Assembly (NCBI GenBank): GCA_050733535.1
Contig: JBOHTH010000114.1
Span: forward strand, 1-55,575
Reading direction: 5' to 3'
Origin: Gemmatimonadaceae bacterium
Lineage (GTDB): Bacteria > Gemmatimonadota > Gemmatimonadetes > Gemmatimonadales > Gemmatimonadaceae
DNA length: 55,575 nt
The notes under the pieces were generated by a model. The model saw only the letters and a list, made by a program, of their open reading frames with translations. It had not been told where the DNA came from and did not search any database. Shown one piece after another: positions 35,124 through 44,346 of this stretch. Both the position numbers and the translations under genes were made by a program. Every line of letters starts with the position of its first letter. Position 1 is the first letter of the stretch.

Positions 35124-35834
35124 ATGGCAACCGCGAATCTCGCTGCGAAGGTCCGCAGCACCGCTGGCAAAGGCGCAGCCCGCAAGCTCCGTGCAGTTGG
35201 CGCAGTTCCGGCCGTCGTCTATGGCCACGGCCGCGAGCCGCAGTCGCTCGCCATCGACACATACACGCTCGAGCGCATGCTCGAGAAGGTCTCGTACAAG
35301 ACCACGGTCATCGAGCTGGAGATCGCCGGCGCGGCGAACGCAAAGACGCTGATCCGCGAGATCCAGCGCCATCCGTACAAGCGCCACATCCTCCATGTCG
35401 ATTTCCAGGAGCTGGTCGCCGGCGAGAAGGTCACCGTGCGTGTTCCGCTCGTCTTCGTCGGCACGCCGGAGGGCGTCCGGACCGGCGGCGGCATTCTCGA
35501 CCAGGTGATGCACGAGATGGAGATCACCGTCGACCCGCTGAATATCCCGAACCACGTCGATGTGGACGTCAGCAACCTGCTGATCGGGCATTCGATCCAT
35601 GTCGGCGAAATCAAGGTGCCGGATGGCGTCGAGGTGCTCGACGATGCGTCCGCGACGGTCTGCGTCTGCTCGATTCCGAAGGCAGTGGTCGAGGAAGTCC
35701 CGTCGGCCGATGCGGCGGCGGCGCCCGCAGAGCCGGAGCTCATCCGCAAGACGAAGGAGGGTGAGGAAGGCGCCGAGGCCGAAGGCGGAGCCCCCGCGGC
35801 CGAGAAAGCCGAGAAGAGCGAGAAGAAGAAGTAA
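35124..35834 (+). CDS. rplY: 50S ribosomal protein L25 / general stress protein Ctc
   Basis: Contains GKGAARKLRAVGAVPAVVYGHG, REIQRHPYKRHILHVDF and an acidic/Lys-rich tail. Confidence 0.9.
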   Translation: MATANLAAKVRSTAGKGAARKLRAVGAVPAVVYGHGREPQSLAIDTYTLERMLEKVSYKTTVIELEIAGAANAKTLIREIQRHPYKRHILHVDFQELVAGEKVTVRVPLVFVGTPEGVRTGGGILDQVMHEMEITVDPLNIPNHVDVDVSNLLIGHSIHVGEIKVPDGVEVLDDASATVCVCSIPKAVVEEVPSADAAAAPAEPELIRKTKEGEEGAEAEGGAPAAEKAEKSEKKK

Positions 35835-35869
35835 GGCGCGCGCTCGCGAAACGCTGAGCACGGGTTCCG

Positions 35870-36466
35870 GTGAAAGTCATCGTCGGACTGGGAAATCCAG
35901 GTCGCGAGTACGCCGGAACCCGCCACAACGTCGGCTGGTGGGTTGCAGACCACCTGGCCGACGTTTGGCGTTTCGACGGCTGGAAAAAAGACGGCGAGGC
36001 ACTCGTCACAACCGGCACAGTGGGCGGAAAGCGAGTGCGCCTGGTCAAGCCGCAGACATACATGAACCTCAGTGGCAACGCACTCGTGCGCTACGCACGG
36101 CGCCCGTTCTGGTCAGCGGCGCAGGACCTCATGGTGATCTCGGACGAAGTCCAGCTGCCGGTCGGGCGCTACCGGTTCCGCGCGAAGGGATCTGCGGGTG
36201 GACACAACGGGCTGAAGAGCGTGGAGGGGCAGCTCGGGACGCAGGAGTATGCGCGGCTGAGGATTGGAGTTGGGCCGGCGGAATCCGAGCGGAAGGTGGC
36301 GGTGATGAAGGATTATGTGCTTGGAAACTTCGGGAAGATGGAAGCGGTTGCGGTTCGGGAGTTGATGCCGGGGTTCGTCAAAGCGCTGGAGTTGTGGGTG
36401 AGTGAGGGGATACTGGCGGTGATGAACAAGTTCTCAGGCAAAGACGAACAGCCCAAGGGCGAGTAG
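35870..36466 (+). CDS. pth: peptidyl-tRNA hydrolase
   Basis: Contains KVIVGLGNPGREYAGTRHNVGW and GGHNGLKS motifs. Confidence 0.95.
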   Translation: MKVIVGLGNPGREYAGTRHNVGWWVADHLADVWRFDGWKKDGEALVTTGTVGGKRVRLVKPQTYMNLSGNALVRYARRPFWSAAQDLMVISDEVQLPVGRYRFRAKGSAGGHNGLKSVEGQLGTQEYARLRIGVGPAESERKVAVMKDYVLGNFGKMEAVAVRELMPGFVKALELWVSEGILAVMNKFSGKDEQPKGE

Positions 36467-36494
36467 ACGCGTCAAACTGCCAACTGTCCCTTGG

Positions 36495-36905
36495 CTAACT
36501 GAGGTTCTTCGTTAGCTGCGACGGCTTTGCTCTGGGGCCGCGAAGGTCGGCGGCGTGGCGAACCCTCGAGTGAAGCGAGCTCAGCATTCGCATAACCAAG
36601 TCCGTGCGGGCATCCAGTCTCGCGTAATCCGACTTGGACAGCACTCCGAGGTCGACGGCGAGTTGCAGATGGTACGTGAGTTCGAACGCGGACGCGAGCG
36701 CGATTCCGAGGAAGCGCGAAAGTTCACGCGAGCCGGCGTGACCGCAGCCTTCGGCAATGTTCGCGGGAATCGAGGCCGCGGCTCTGCGAATCTGTGAGGT
36801 CAGTCCCGGAAACTTCCTCTCCGGCACGTTTACCGTCGCCGCGTAGATGAGCAGCACGAGTTGATGCGATTTGTTCCAAACAGTGAGTTTCCGAAAATCC
36901 TGCAT
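36495..36905 (-). CDS. four-helix-bundle protein (TIGR02436; formerly called 23S rRNA intervening-sequence protein)
   Basis: Contains F.KL.VW.K.H.L...IY, QIRRAA.SIPANIAEG..... and F...A..S..EL...L.LA.DLG, which is the classic pattern. Local GC is visibly lower than in the neighbouring genes. Confidence 0.8.
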   Translation of the reverse strand: MQDFRKLTVWNKSHQLVLLIYAATVNVPERKFPGLTSQIRRAAASIPANIAEGCGHAGSRELSRFLGIALASAFELTYHLQLAVDLGVLSKSDYARLDARTDLVMRMLSSLHSRVRHAADLRGPRAKPSQLTKNLS

Positions 36906-37072
36906 AGCCGCCTCCGTTGCGCTGCATAGTGCGGCTAAGCGAGGAGGAATGCGTCACCATTTCCCTGCGCGCAGTTACCTTTCCGCGCACTCGGTATCGT
37001 CGGCTTCTCGTTCCGACCAGATACCTCAGTTAACCAACCAACGAGAAACGTGTTAACTCGTCGTAACTGAGC

Positions 37073-38162
<1,090 letters not shown>

Positions 38163-38173
<11 letters not shown>

Positions 38174-39350
38174 CCGCCGGCGCGCGCAGCCGGTGGGCCG
38201 CAGCGCGTGCAAGGCGAACCGGCTGCAGCGCGAGCACGCGCAGGAGGCGGATCGGGTAATACAGCACGACGAGCCACGCCGGCAGCCTCACGAGTTCCCA
38301 CTCACGCGGGGTCGGCGCCAGCACGCTCAGCGCGATGTACCGGGCGCGATCGCTCGCATGGTCCATCATTCCCATGTTGAACCGGTAGGGCTGGCCGGTC
38401 GACACCACGCCGGCTTCGAGAGCCCTCACGACCTGCGCCGCGCGTGCCGCCGTGCGATCTTCGTCCGCGAGCGCCGCGAGGCGCGCGGAGAGCGGTGCCC
38501 CAAGCACATCATGCGCGAGTCGCAGCGCCAGGCTCAGCGCACGCGCCGATCCGTTCGCGTTCGCGCGCTCGATGAGCAGCTCCTCGTCGGCGCCCACCCG
38601 CGTCAGCAGCTGCGCGAACGCCACGAGCCATTCCAGCCGTTCCCACTGGTGGCGGGCGCCGTGCATCGCCTGAAGCAGAAGCTGATCTGCATTGTCCGGG
38701 CTCAGCGCGGCAAATCCTGCGAGCTCAATGCGTATCGCGCGTGCGAACACTTCTTCGGCTGGAATCGACCACGGATATCGCGGCGCCGCGAACCGCCAAT
38801 GCAGCTCCACGGGCACTCCGGCGTCCCGCGGCGAATACACGAAGTGGCCGAAGCTCCGCTGGAGCGCGCGCTCCTGTGCCGGCGACATCGCCGACGCCGG
38901 TGCGTAGCCCGCACGCACGAGCGTCTCGCGCGCGCGCTCGATGTCGTCCGGACGTACGACCACGTCGAGATCGACCGAGTCGCGCACGCCAAGCTCGCCG
39001 TACGCCGCCAGCGAGAGCGCCGGTCCCTTGAACGGGAGCGCCCGAACACCGTCCTCGTCCAGCGCACGCAGAAGCTGCGCAAGCTGCTGCGTGCGCGCGA
39101 GTGCGCGCGCCGCAATCGTGACCGTCTCCTGCATCACGCGCCCGGCGCAGTCGGGGGGTGACGGCGCGCGCGCGGCGCCGAGCACGCGCTGCGCGTGCGG
39201 GATGAGCCGGTGCCAGCGCGCGAGTTCAAGCCATTCGGTCCAGTCCACCGCGGCGGCCGCGCGCGCGCGAACCATGTCGAGTTCGCCGTTCGATGCGTCC
39301 CACGTGGCGCAGGCGAGCAGCAGGCCGTACGCGGGGCGCGAAACGCTCAC
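38163..39350 (-). CDS. PF14907-type (NTP_transf_5) uncharacterised nucleotidyltransferase; lasso-cluster tailoring candidate
   Basis: Contains LLLACA....DW.EWLELARWHRL.P and ALPFKGPALSLAAYGELGVRDSVDLDVVVRPDD...A...L...GY, the pattern of the nucleotidyltransferases that accompany HPr-kinase-like genes in RiPP clusters. The GTG at 39350 forms a GTGA overlap with the kinase stop. The 3' end overlaps the ychF 3' end by 11 nt (convergent). Confidence 0.7.
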
Positions 39351-40306
39351 CCGCGCACGACTCCGGCGATCGCGCGCACGAGATCGCCGATGCGCACAGG
39401 ATTGGTGTGCGGCGTGGCGCGCGCGACCTGCACACCCTGCAGCAGGTGAGCGATCGCCGCGAATTCCTCCGCACGCATGCGATCGTCGAGCAGGTAATTC
39501 GCGTAGCTGTTGGCCGCAATTTCGACGAACGCCTCTCCGGGCGGCACTCGCTCCATTCGCGGCGCGTCGGGCGCGTCGCTCCGCGGGGCGAGCAGCACCA
39601 CGGCGCCCAGCCGGGCAGCCTGCTGGCACCACGTCCACCCGTGGGCGCGGACCCGGAGGGCGCGCTTGTCCCATGTGGGCGTCAGTCGTGGCAGCGCACC
39701 GTTCGTGCCGAGGAGGATTTCCTCCGCATCGCGCCAGACGCGCAGGTGATCGTACCCGGGCATCGCCATGGCCGCGCCGTCGTGCACGCGGACTGCCGTC
39801 ATGTCGTCAGCGAGTACGCCGAAGCCCGCGGAGGCGAACGCGCCGGCTGTGGTGCTTTTCCCCGCTTCGGCGGGTCCGCACAGTGCGATCGCAATGCCAT
39901 CCACCACGACCGCGCTCGCGTGAAGGCACAGCACGCCCATCAGGCGCTGCGCGAACCCCAGCACGGGGCCGAGCAGGTAGGTCTCAGTGTCCGCGAGCGT
40001 CGACGACGGCGCCCACGTCGCCCACAGCTCGCGCCCATCGCGCGCAATGTGAAACTCCGTCGCGTCGGCGTAGCGCAGCCGGAATCCCTTGGCGCACTCA
40101 TGCACGACCAGTGTCTCGTCCGGCGTTGATTCGGCTGGCGGCGTGCGATATCTCACCGCGGCGCCATCGGCCGCAGCGTGGTGCCATGGGGGCACGTCGT
40201 CGAGCGCGATCGTGACGTCGGGCACGGCAAACGGCGGCGCGTCGGGCAGTCCGAAGAGCGCGAGGTTGGACGCGAACGTCAGCCCGTAAATCGAATAGGC
40301 GGGAAT
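39347..40306 (-). CDS. HPr-kinase/phosphorylase-like (HprK C-terminal-like) peptide kinase; lasso-cluster tailoring candidate
   Basis: Contains LHASAVVVDGIAIALCGPAEAGKSTTAGAF (P-loop in the HprK-like context). The first canonical start is the GTG at 40225. The in-frame upstream sequence IPAYSIYGLTFASNLALFGLPDAPPFA looks like the conserved N-terminus of this family and is preceded by GGAGG-7nt-ATT at 40306. The 5' end is therefore given as 40306, provisionally. Confidence 0.65.
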   Translation of the reverse strand: MPAYSIYGLTFASNLALFGLPDAPPFAVPDVTIALDDVPPWHHAAADGAAVRYRTPPAESTPDETLVVHECAKGFRLRYADATEFHIARDGRELWATWAPSSTLADTETYLLGPVLGFAQRLMGVLCLHASAVVVDGIAIALCGPAEAGKSTTAGAFASAGFGVLADDMTAVRVHDGAAMAMPGYDHLRVWRDAEEILLGTNGALPRLTPTWDKRALRVRAHGWTWCQQAARLGAVVLLAPRSDAPDAPRMERVPPGEAFVEIAANSYANYLLDDRMRAEEFAAIAHLLQGVQVARATPHTNPVRIGDLVRAIAGVVRG

Positions 40307-40346
40307 GCCGCGCCCTCCCTGTCGACGGACGACCCCGCCCTCCCGC

Positions 40347-41336
40347 TCACCTGCGCGCCCCGGCGCGCTCCGCTGCGCTCAGCTCGCGCAGGCGCTCGAG
40401 CGAGACGAGATGTGAAGCGAGAGTCGACTGGCGGAACGAGACGGAGTCCGTGCGCGGCGCGCCTCGAGTCAGTGTCGAATCCCAGCCCCAGAGGTACTCG
40501 CCGTTGATGCAGGTGGCGGTAAGCGCCACTGTGAGGCGATCTCCCGGGATCGTGCGTAACGGACGCTCGAACGGAAAAAAGGCCTGTCCATACAGCGCGC
40601 GCGGCGCTAACGGCGAGTTCGAGAGCGTCACGCCGAATCCGAAATCGGCCTCGAACCAGATCGCGAGGCCGTCCGCGACGCTGTCGTGCGCAAAGGTCCA
40701 CTCGGCATGTCCCACGGCGTTCGGCGAGTCGATCGTCGCGTAGTCCAGTGTCGTCCAGTGCACGCCTGCGCCGATCAGGTCGCCGGCGCTGACGCGGCCG
40801 CCATACCACTCCGAACGAACGCGCGCGGCAATGGCGCGCCGGTCGATACCGTGTGGACTGTCACCCATATCGGCATGATCGCGACGCCAGTTCTCGGGCG
40901 CCGTACACGGCGCAGCCCACAGTGCGTCACTCTGGGGCACCAGCGTCGCACCCGGCCGCACGAGGCGCGTGCGCGCGTCCACGAGCGTCGGGATGTGTGC
41001 CTCGAACAGCGGCAGTACTCCGCGCAGGTCGCTCAGGAGCACGTCGCCTTGCTCGGGCAGCGTGACGCGGCGCGAGTCGTCGCGGATGAACGTGATGCGA
41101 TCGGCGCAGCCGTTGTCGGCGGCGAGTTGCGCGGCGAGTTCGACCGCGGGATTCAGCTCGATCGCGTACACATGCCGCGCGCCAGCGCGGCACGCGGCCA
41201 CCGCGAAATAGCCGACACCGGTGCCGATCTCGACCACGGCGTTCCCCGGCCGGACGGCCAGCTGGATTGCCGAGAGGTACGCCGCGGTTCGCGCCGGATC
41301 GGCGAACATCGAGTCGTAGTCCGGAACATCATACAC
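40347..41336 (-). CDS. class I SAM-dependent methyltransferase, PRMT-like architecture (Rossmann domain plus C-terminal beta-barrel-like domain)
   Basis: Has motif I VVEIGTGVGYFAVAACRAGARHVYAIELNP, a post-I acidic residue and a ~200-aa C-terminal extension. The GTG start at 41336 lies 34 nt after the precursor stop. Confidence 0.7.
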   Translation of the reverse strand: MYDVPDYDSMFADPARTAAYLSAIQLAVRPGNAVVEIGTGVGYFAVAACRAGARHVYAIELNPAVELAAQLAADNGCADRITFIRDDSRRVTLPEQGDVLLSDLRGVLPLFEAHIPTLVDARTRLVRPGATLVPQSDALWAAPCTAPENWRRDHADMGDSPHGIDRRAIAARVRSEWYGGRVSAGDLIGAGVHWTTLDYATIDSPNAVGHAEWTFAHDSVADGLAIWFEADFGFGVTLSNSPLAPRALYGQAFFPFERPLRTIPGDRLTVALTATCINGEYLWGWDSTLTRGAPRTDSVSFRQSTLASHLVSLERLRELSAAERAGARR

Positions 41337-41370
41337 GACGCGGTACCTGCCGGATCAATCCTCGCGCGCC

Positions 41371-41556
41371 TCAGCCCGTCTTGGAGGTCATCATGCTGCC
41401 GCCATCGGCTTTCATGCTCATGTTGCCGACGGTGCGCGTGAGCGCCGCGACGTTGCCATAGACGTGCAAGCGCGGGGGAACGTAGGGCTTTCGCGCCGCG
41501 GCATTCGACGGCGGCACCCGATCCGTCTCCATCCTGTCGTCCTCTCGGCGTTCCAT
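41371..41556 (-). CDS. lasso peptide precursor (61 aa): MERREDDRMETDRVPPSNAAARKPYVPPRLHVYGNVAALTRTV / GNMSMKADGGSMMTSKTG
   Basis: The ATG at 41556 is preceded by GGGGAGGG at 8-nt spacing and lies 5 nt after the cyclase stop. The leader carries Y-V-P-P-R-L-HVY-G (YxxPxLx3G, the RRE-binding motif) and a Thr at -2. The core starts with Gly and has Asp at position 8. Confidence 0.7.
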   Translation of the reverse strand: MERREDDRMETDRVPPSNAAARKPYVPPRLHVYGNVAALTRTVGNMSMKADGGSMMTSKTG

Positions 41557-41560
41557 GGTT

Positions 41561-43252
41561 TCACCCTCCCCTGATTGACCGCGCTGCGGGCGATCGTTCG
41601 AGATTCCGCAGCCACTGATCGAGGACGAATACGCGGCGCACGGCAAGGACCTCGTCCACCGACCCTGTTTTCAATGTATCCGCGACGCTTCGAGTGTCAA
41701 CGAACTCGCGCACGGCGTCGCCGAGCGTCGGCTGATGCGCAGCAGCGCTCCAGCGCGCCGCCTGTTCCTCAAAAAATCCGCGGAGCGGTTCCTTCGGCCG
41801 CGTCAGCACTTCGTCAGGCAGTTCACCGCGAAACGCGCGGCGTACGAGCTCCTTCCGCTGGCACCACGGCACCGGTGGTATGGAGAAGACGAACTCCATG
41901 ACCCGCACGTCGAGAAATGGCCAGACAATTTCCAGCGGCACCCCCGTGTACGCGGGCTGCGCGGACTCGAGCATACCCTGCCATATCGGGTCCGCCAGGT
42001 ACCGGACCGCGTCGGGCCGGGTTGCGTGCGGCACCGTGCTCGGCAGCGCAGGCAGCCGCGCGCGGGCGTCCCGCCGAATCCAGCGCCAAACCCTGTCCGC
42101 TCGCGGTACGAATGGCGCCAGAAGTCGGCGGCGCAGCCAGAGGCCCAGATGGGGATGATGACGATGAGAAATGGTGTAGCTCAGCACGCGGCGCAGGATG
42201 TCGTGCACGGGCCAGCTGCGCAGCATTGTCAGCAGTCCCGGCGGACGAAAGAGCGCGTCACCGTCTTCGCCGCTCAGCAGCACCGGCGCGACGGACGAAA
42301 TCTGCCCGAGTTGCCGCACCCAGTCACGCCATTCCGGCTCGTCGAGCGGTTCTGGCGTTCGAAACGCCGTGTCGTCCGGGTCCATGAACGGCGCGGGCTC
42401 TGCGCGAACCACCTCATGCGCGATGCCGAGCGTCGCCGCGACCGCGGCCGCAAGCCGGTTTTCATCCGGAGGCTGCGCCGCCCCTGCATCGTTCGTCCAC
42501 GCGCTCAGCCGGGTTGCCGGCGCCACGCGGCGCGCCGTCGCCGCGATGCTCGTCGAGTCGAGCCCGCCGCTGAGCAGGATCGCAGCACGATCCGTCCGCA
42601 GGCGGTCGCGCACCGCCTCGCCAAGTACATCGCGAAAACGCTCGACGTACTCGTCGTCATGCCCGACGCGGAGCCGTGCCGGGACCGGAAACGACCAGTA
42701 CTTCCGCGGCAAAATCGAACTCGAGTCGTCGCGAACGACAAACTGATGCCCCGGCGGAAGCCGCCGGACGTCGGCGAACGACGTCGTTGATGTGTCGGCG
42801 TTGTACCCGTGCTGCAGGAACGAGACGATCGCCGGTGCGTGCAGTCGCGACGAAACGCGCGCGCGTGCCCGCACTTCATCGAGCACGTTGCTGCACACGA
42901 ACGTGCGTCCTATCTCTGCCCAATATAGGGGGCGCACGCCGAGCGCGTCGCGCGCGCAGAAGAGCGTGCGCTGGCGATGGTCCCAGAGCGCAAAGCTGTA
43001 GTCGCCGATGAGCCGTTCGGTGGCGGTCTCGCGCCAGGCGGTCCAAGCGGCGAGCACCAGTTCCGCGTCGGTGGCGCTGTTGCCTGTGGCGACGCCTGCT
43101 CCGCCAAGCGCGTCGCGGAGCGCGTCACGCCCGTCGAGCCGCACGTGACCGACAATCCAGCTCCCGGCGCGCACGTCGGCTATGCTGCTTGCGGCTGTGC
43201 TGGCACTCACGGGCCCGTCGCCGCGGAGCAGTTCGGCGACGAACGTGCTCAC
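41561..43252 (-). CDS. lasso peptide isopeptide-bond-forming cyclase (asparagine synthetase B-like, McjC family)
   Basis: Has the PP-loop AILLSGGLDSTSIAA, an AsnB-like N-domain without the Cys1 nucleophile (GDYSFALWD, FCARDALGVRPLYW). The GTG at 43252 forms a GTGA overlap with the B2 stop. Confidence 0.85.
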   Translation of the reverse strand: MSTFVAELLRGDGPVSASTAASSIADVRAGSWIVGHVRLDGRDALRDALGGAGVATGNSATDAELVLAAWTAWRETATERLIGDYSFALWDHRQRTLFCARDALGVRPLYWAEIGRTFVCSNVLDEVRARARVSSRLHAPAIVSFLQHGYNADTSTTSFADVRRLPPGHQFVVRDDSSSILPRKYWSFPVPARLRVGHDDEYVERFRDVLGEAVRDRLRTDRAAILLSGGLDSTSIAATARRVAPATRLSAWTNDAGAAQPPDENRLAAAVAATLGIAHEVVRAEPAPFMDPDDTAFRTPEPLDEPEWRDWVRQLGQISSVAPVLLSGEDGDALFRPPGLLTMLRSWPVHDILRRVLSYTISHRHHPHLGLWLRRRLLAPFVPRADRVWRWIRRDARARLPALPSTVPHATRPDAVRYLADPIWQGMLESAQPAYTGVPLEIVWPFLDVRVMEFVFSIPPVPWCQRKELVRRAFRGELPDEVLTRPKEPLRGFFEEQAARWSAAAHQPTLGDAVREFVDTRSVADTLKTGSVDEVLAVRRVFVLDQWLRNLERSPAARSIRGG

Positions 43253-43695
43253 TCCGACCCGAACGTCGCGAGCACGCGGTATCGGTCGTGCGGATCGTCG
43301 CCGGTGACGAGCACGCCGCCGCTCTCCACCCATGCATGCGCGTCGAGCGTGACGTGAGATACGCCATCCGCCCGCGCATGAGCGACGCCTATGCTCAGGC
43401 GCGCCCGTGCTCCGCCGTGCAGCAACAGACGCTCGGCCACCAGCGACTGCGCGAGGCAGCTGCTTCCCGGCAGCGACCTCGACGCACGGAGCACCGCGCG
43501 GCGGACGGTGCGCGGCCACGCGTCATCCGCGTGCGCGTCCGTTGGCACACGGCCGACGACCATCGCATGGAGGCGGTCGAACGGGAGCAGTCGGAGCCCC
43601 GTGCGCGTCAGGGCAAGCCAGGCGACGGCACGCATCGCGAGCATCTTTTCCGCGGCAGGAAGCCGCGCAAAGTTACGGAGCCGCGCCGGGAACAA
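43249..43695 (-). CDS. lasso peptide biosynthesis B2 protein (transglutaminase-like Cys protease, leader peptidase)
   Basis: Contains LLPFDRL, SCLAQSLVAERLL (the Cys), L.IGV and DAHAWVE (the His). The start is uncertain: TTG at 43695, ATG at 43644, or ATG at 43758/43770 with a long overlap of B1. Confidence 0.8.
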   Translation of the reverse strand: MFPARLRNFARLPAAEKMLAMRAVAWLALTRTGLRLLPFDRLHAMVVGRVPTDAHADDAWPRTVRRAVLRASRSLPGSSCLAQSLVAERLLLHGGARARLSIGVAHARADGVSHVTLDAHAWVESGGVLVTGDDPHDRYRVLATFGSE

Positions 43696-43984
43696 CTTCG
43701 AGCAACTCGCGGGAGAGGAGATCGCCGGTGAGCGCGAGCAGATCGTCGAGCGCGACATCCCGCCCAACATCGAATTCGCGGCTCACGGTGTCGGCGAGAT
43801 CGCCGAGCGCCGTCGGCTGCTGCACGAGTTCCCAGATCCGCGCGCCGGTCCCGGCGAGGCCGTAATAGACGCTGTCCTTCAGGCCGAGGATAACCGCTTC
43901 CCCGGCGAGCTGGGTCGAGAGCTGGCTCCGGGATGCGACGACCCGCGTGTGCTCAGTGATGGTTGATCTCTCGAGTCCGGCCAT
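43673..43984 (-). CDS. PqqD-family RiPP recognition element (lasso B1 protein)
   Basis: Contains GEAVILGLKDSVYYGLAGTGARIWELV and DLLSRELLEV, the PqqD/RRE pattern. I chose the ATG at 43984; the track ORF's extension to 44065 runs into the palindrome. Confidence 0.8.
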   Translation of the reverse strand: MAGLERSTITEHTRVVASRSQLSTQLAGEAVILGLKDSVYYGLAGTGARIWELVQQPTALGDLADTVSREFDVGRDVALDDLLALTGDLLSRELLEVVPGAAP

Positions 43985-44050
43985 AGGGGGCAGTTTACCA
44001 ACAAGAGGGAAGAACAACCAGCGGCGGCAGGACGTAGGGGAAACCCATGA

Positions 44051-44179
44051 CCCCGAGCACACCACCCCTAGCCCAACACGCCGTCGCTGTTACCCATGAC
44101 GCTCAAGCCCAAACAGTTCCGCGTTCGGGGATATGGGTAACGGCAAAGGCGTGTTGGGCTAGGGGTTCTGCGCTCGGGG
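44051..44179. repeat. long imperfect palindrome (two ~47-nt arms, 35-nt centre) between the lasso operon and rpsF
   Basis: The left arm is ccccgagcacaccacccctagcccaacacgccgtcgctgttacccat. The right arm is atgggtaacggcaaaggcgtgttgggctaggggttctgcgctcgggg. The arms are roughly 85% complementary. Confidence 0.8.
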
Positions 44180-44201
44180 TTGTGGGTCTCTCCAACCATT
44201 C

Positions 44202-44230
44202 TTGACCCGCGGCTCGCTGTGAGCTAACTT
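44202..44230 (+). promoter_or_regulatory. candidate sigma70-type promoter of the rpsF-rpsR operon
   Basis: TTGACC (44202-44207), a 17-nt spacer, then TAACTT (44225-44230). This would give a ~110-nt leader before the AGGAGG-TTG start of rpsF. Confidence 0.4.
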
Positions 44231-44346
44231 CATTTGCTGTCAGGAAATAGTGGCCTTGTCCGACTGGGCGCCTGCCCGGCTGGAGCCACCCTCCTCCCGC
44301 GCTGGCAACCCGCGGGGGGCTATACGACCAAAGGAGGATTGCCGCA

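Noticed and set aside
41371-41646. The 91-aa version of the precursor ORF, starting at 41646.
   Set aside because: The first 30 codons overlap the 3' end of the cyclase gene. The ATG at 41556 has a strong GGAGG RBS and lies just after the cyclase stop, so I prefer the 61-aa form.
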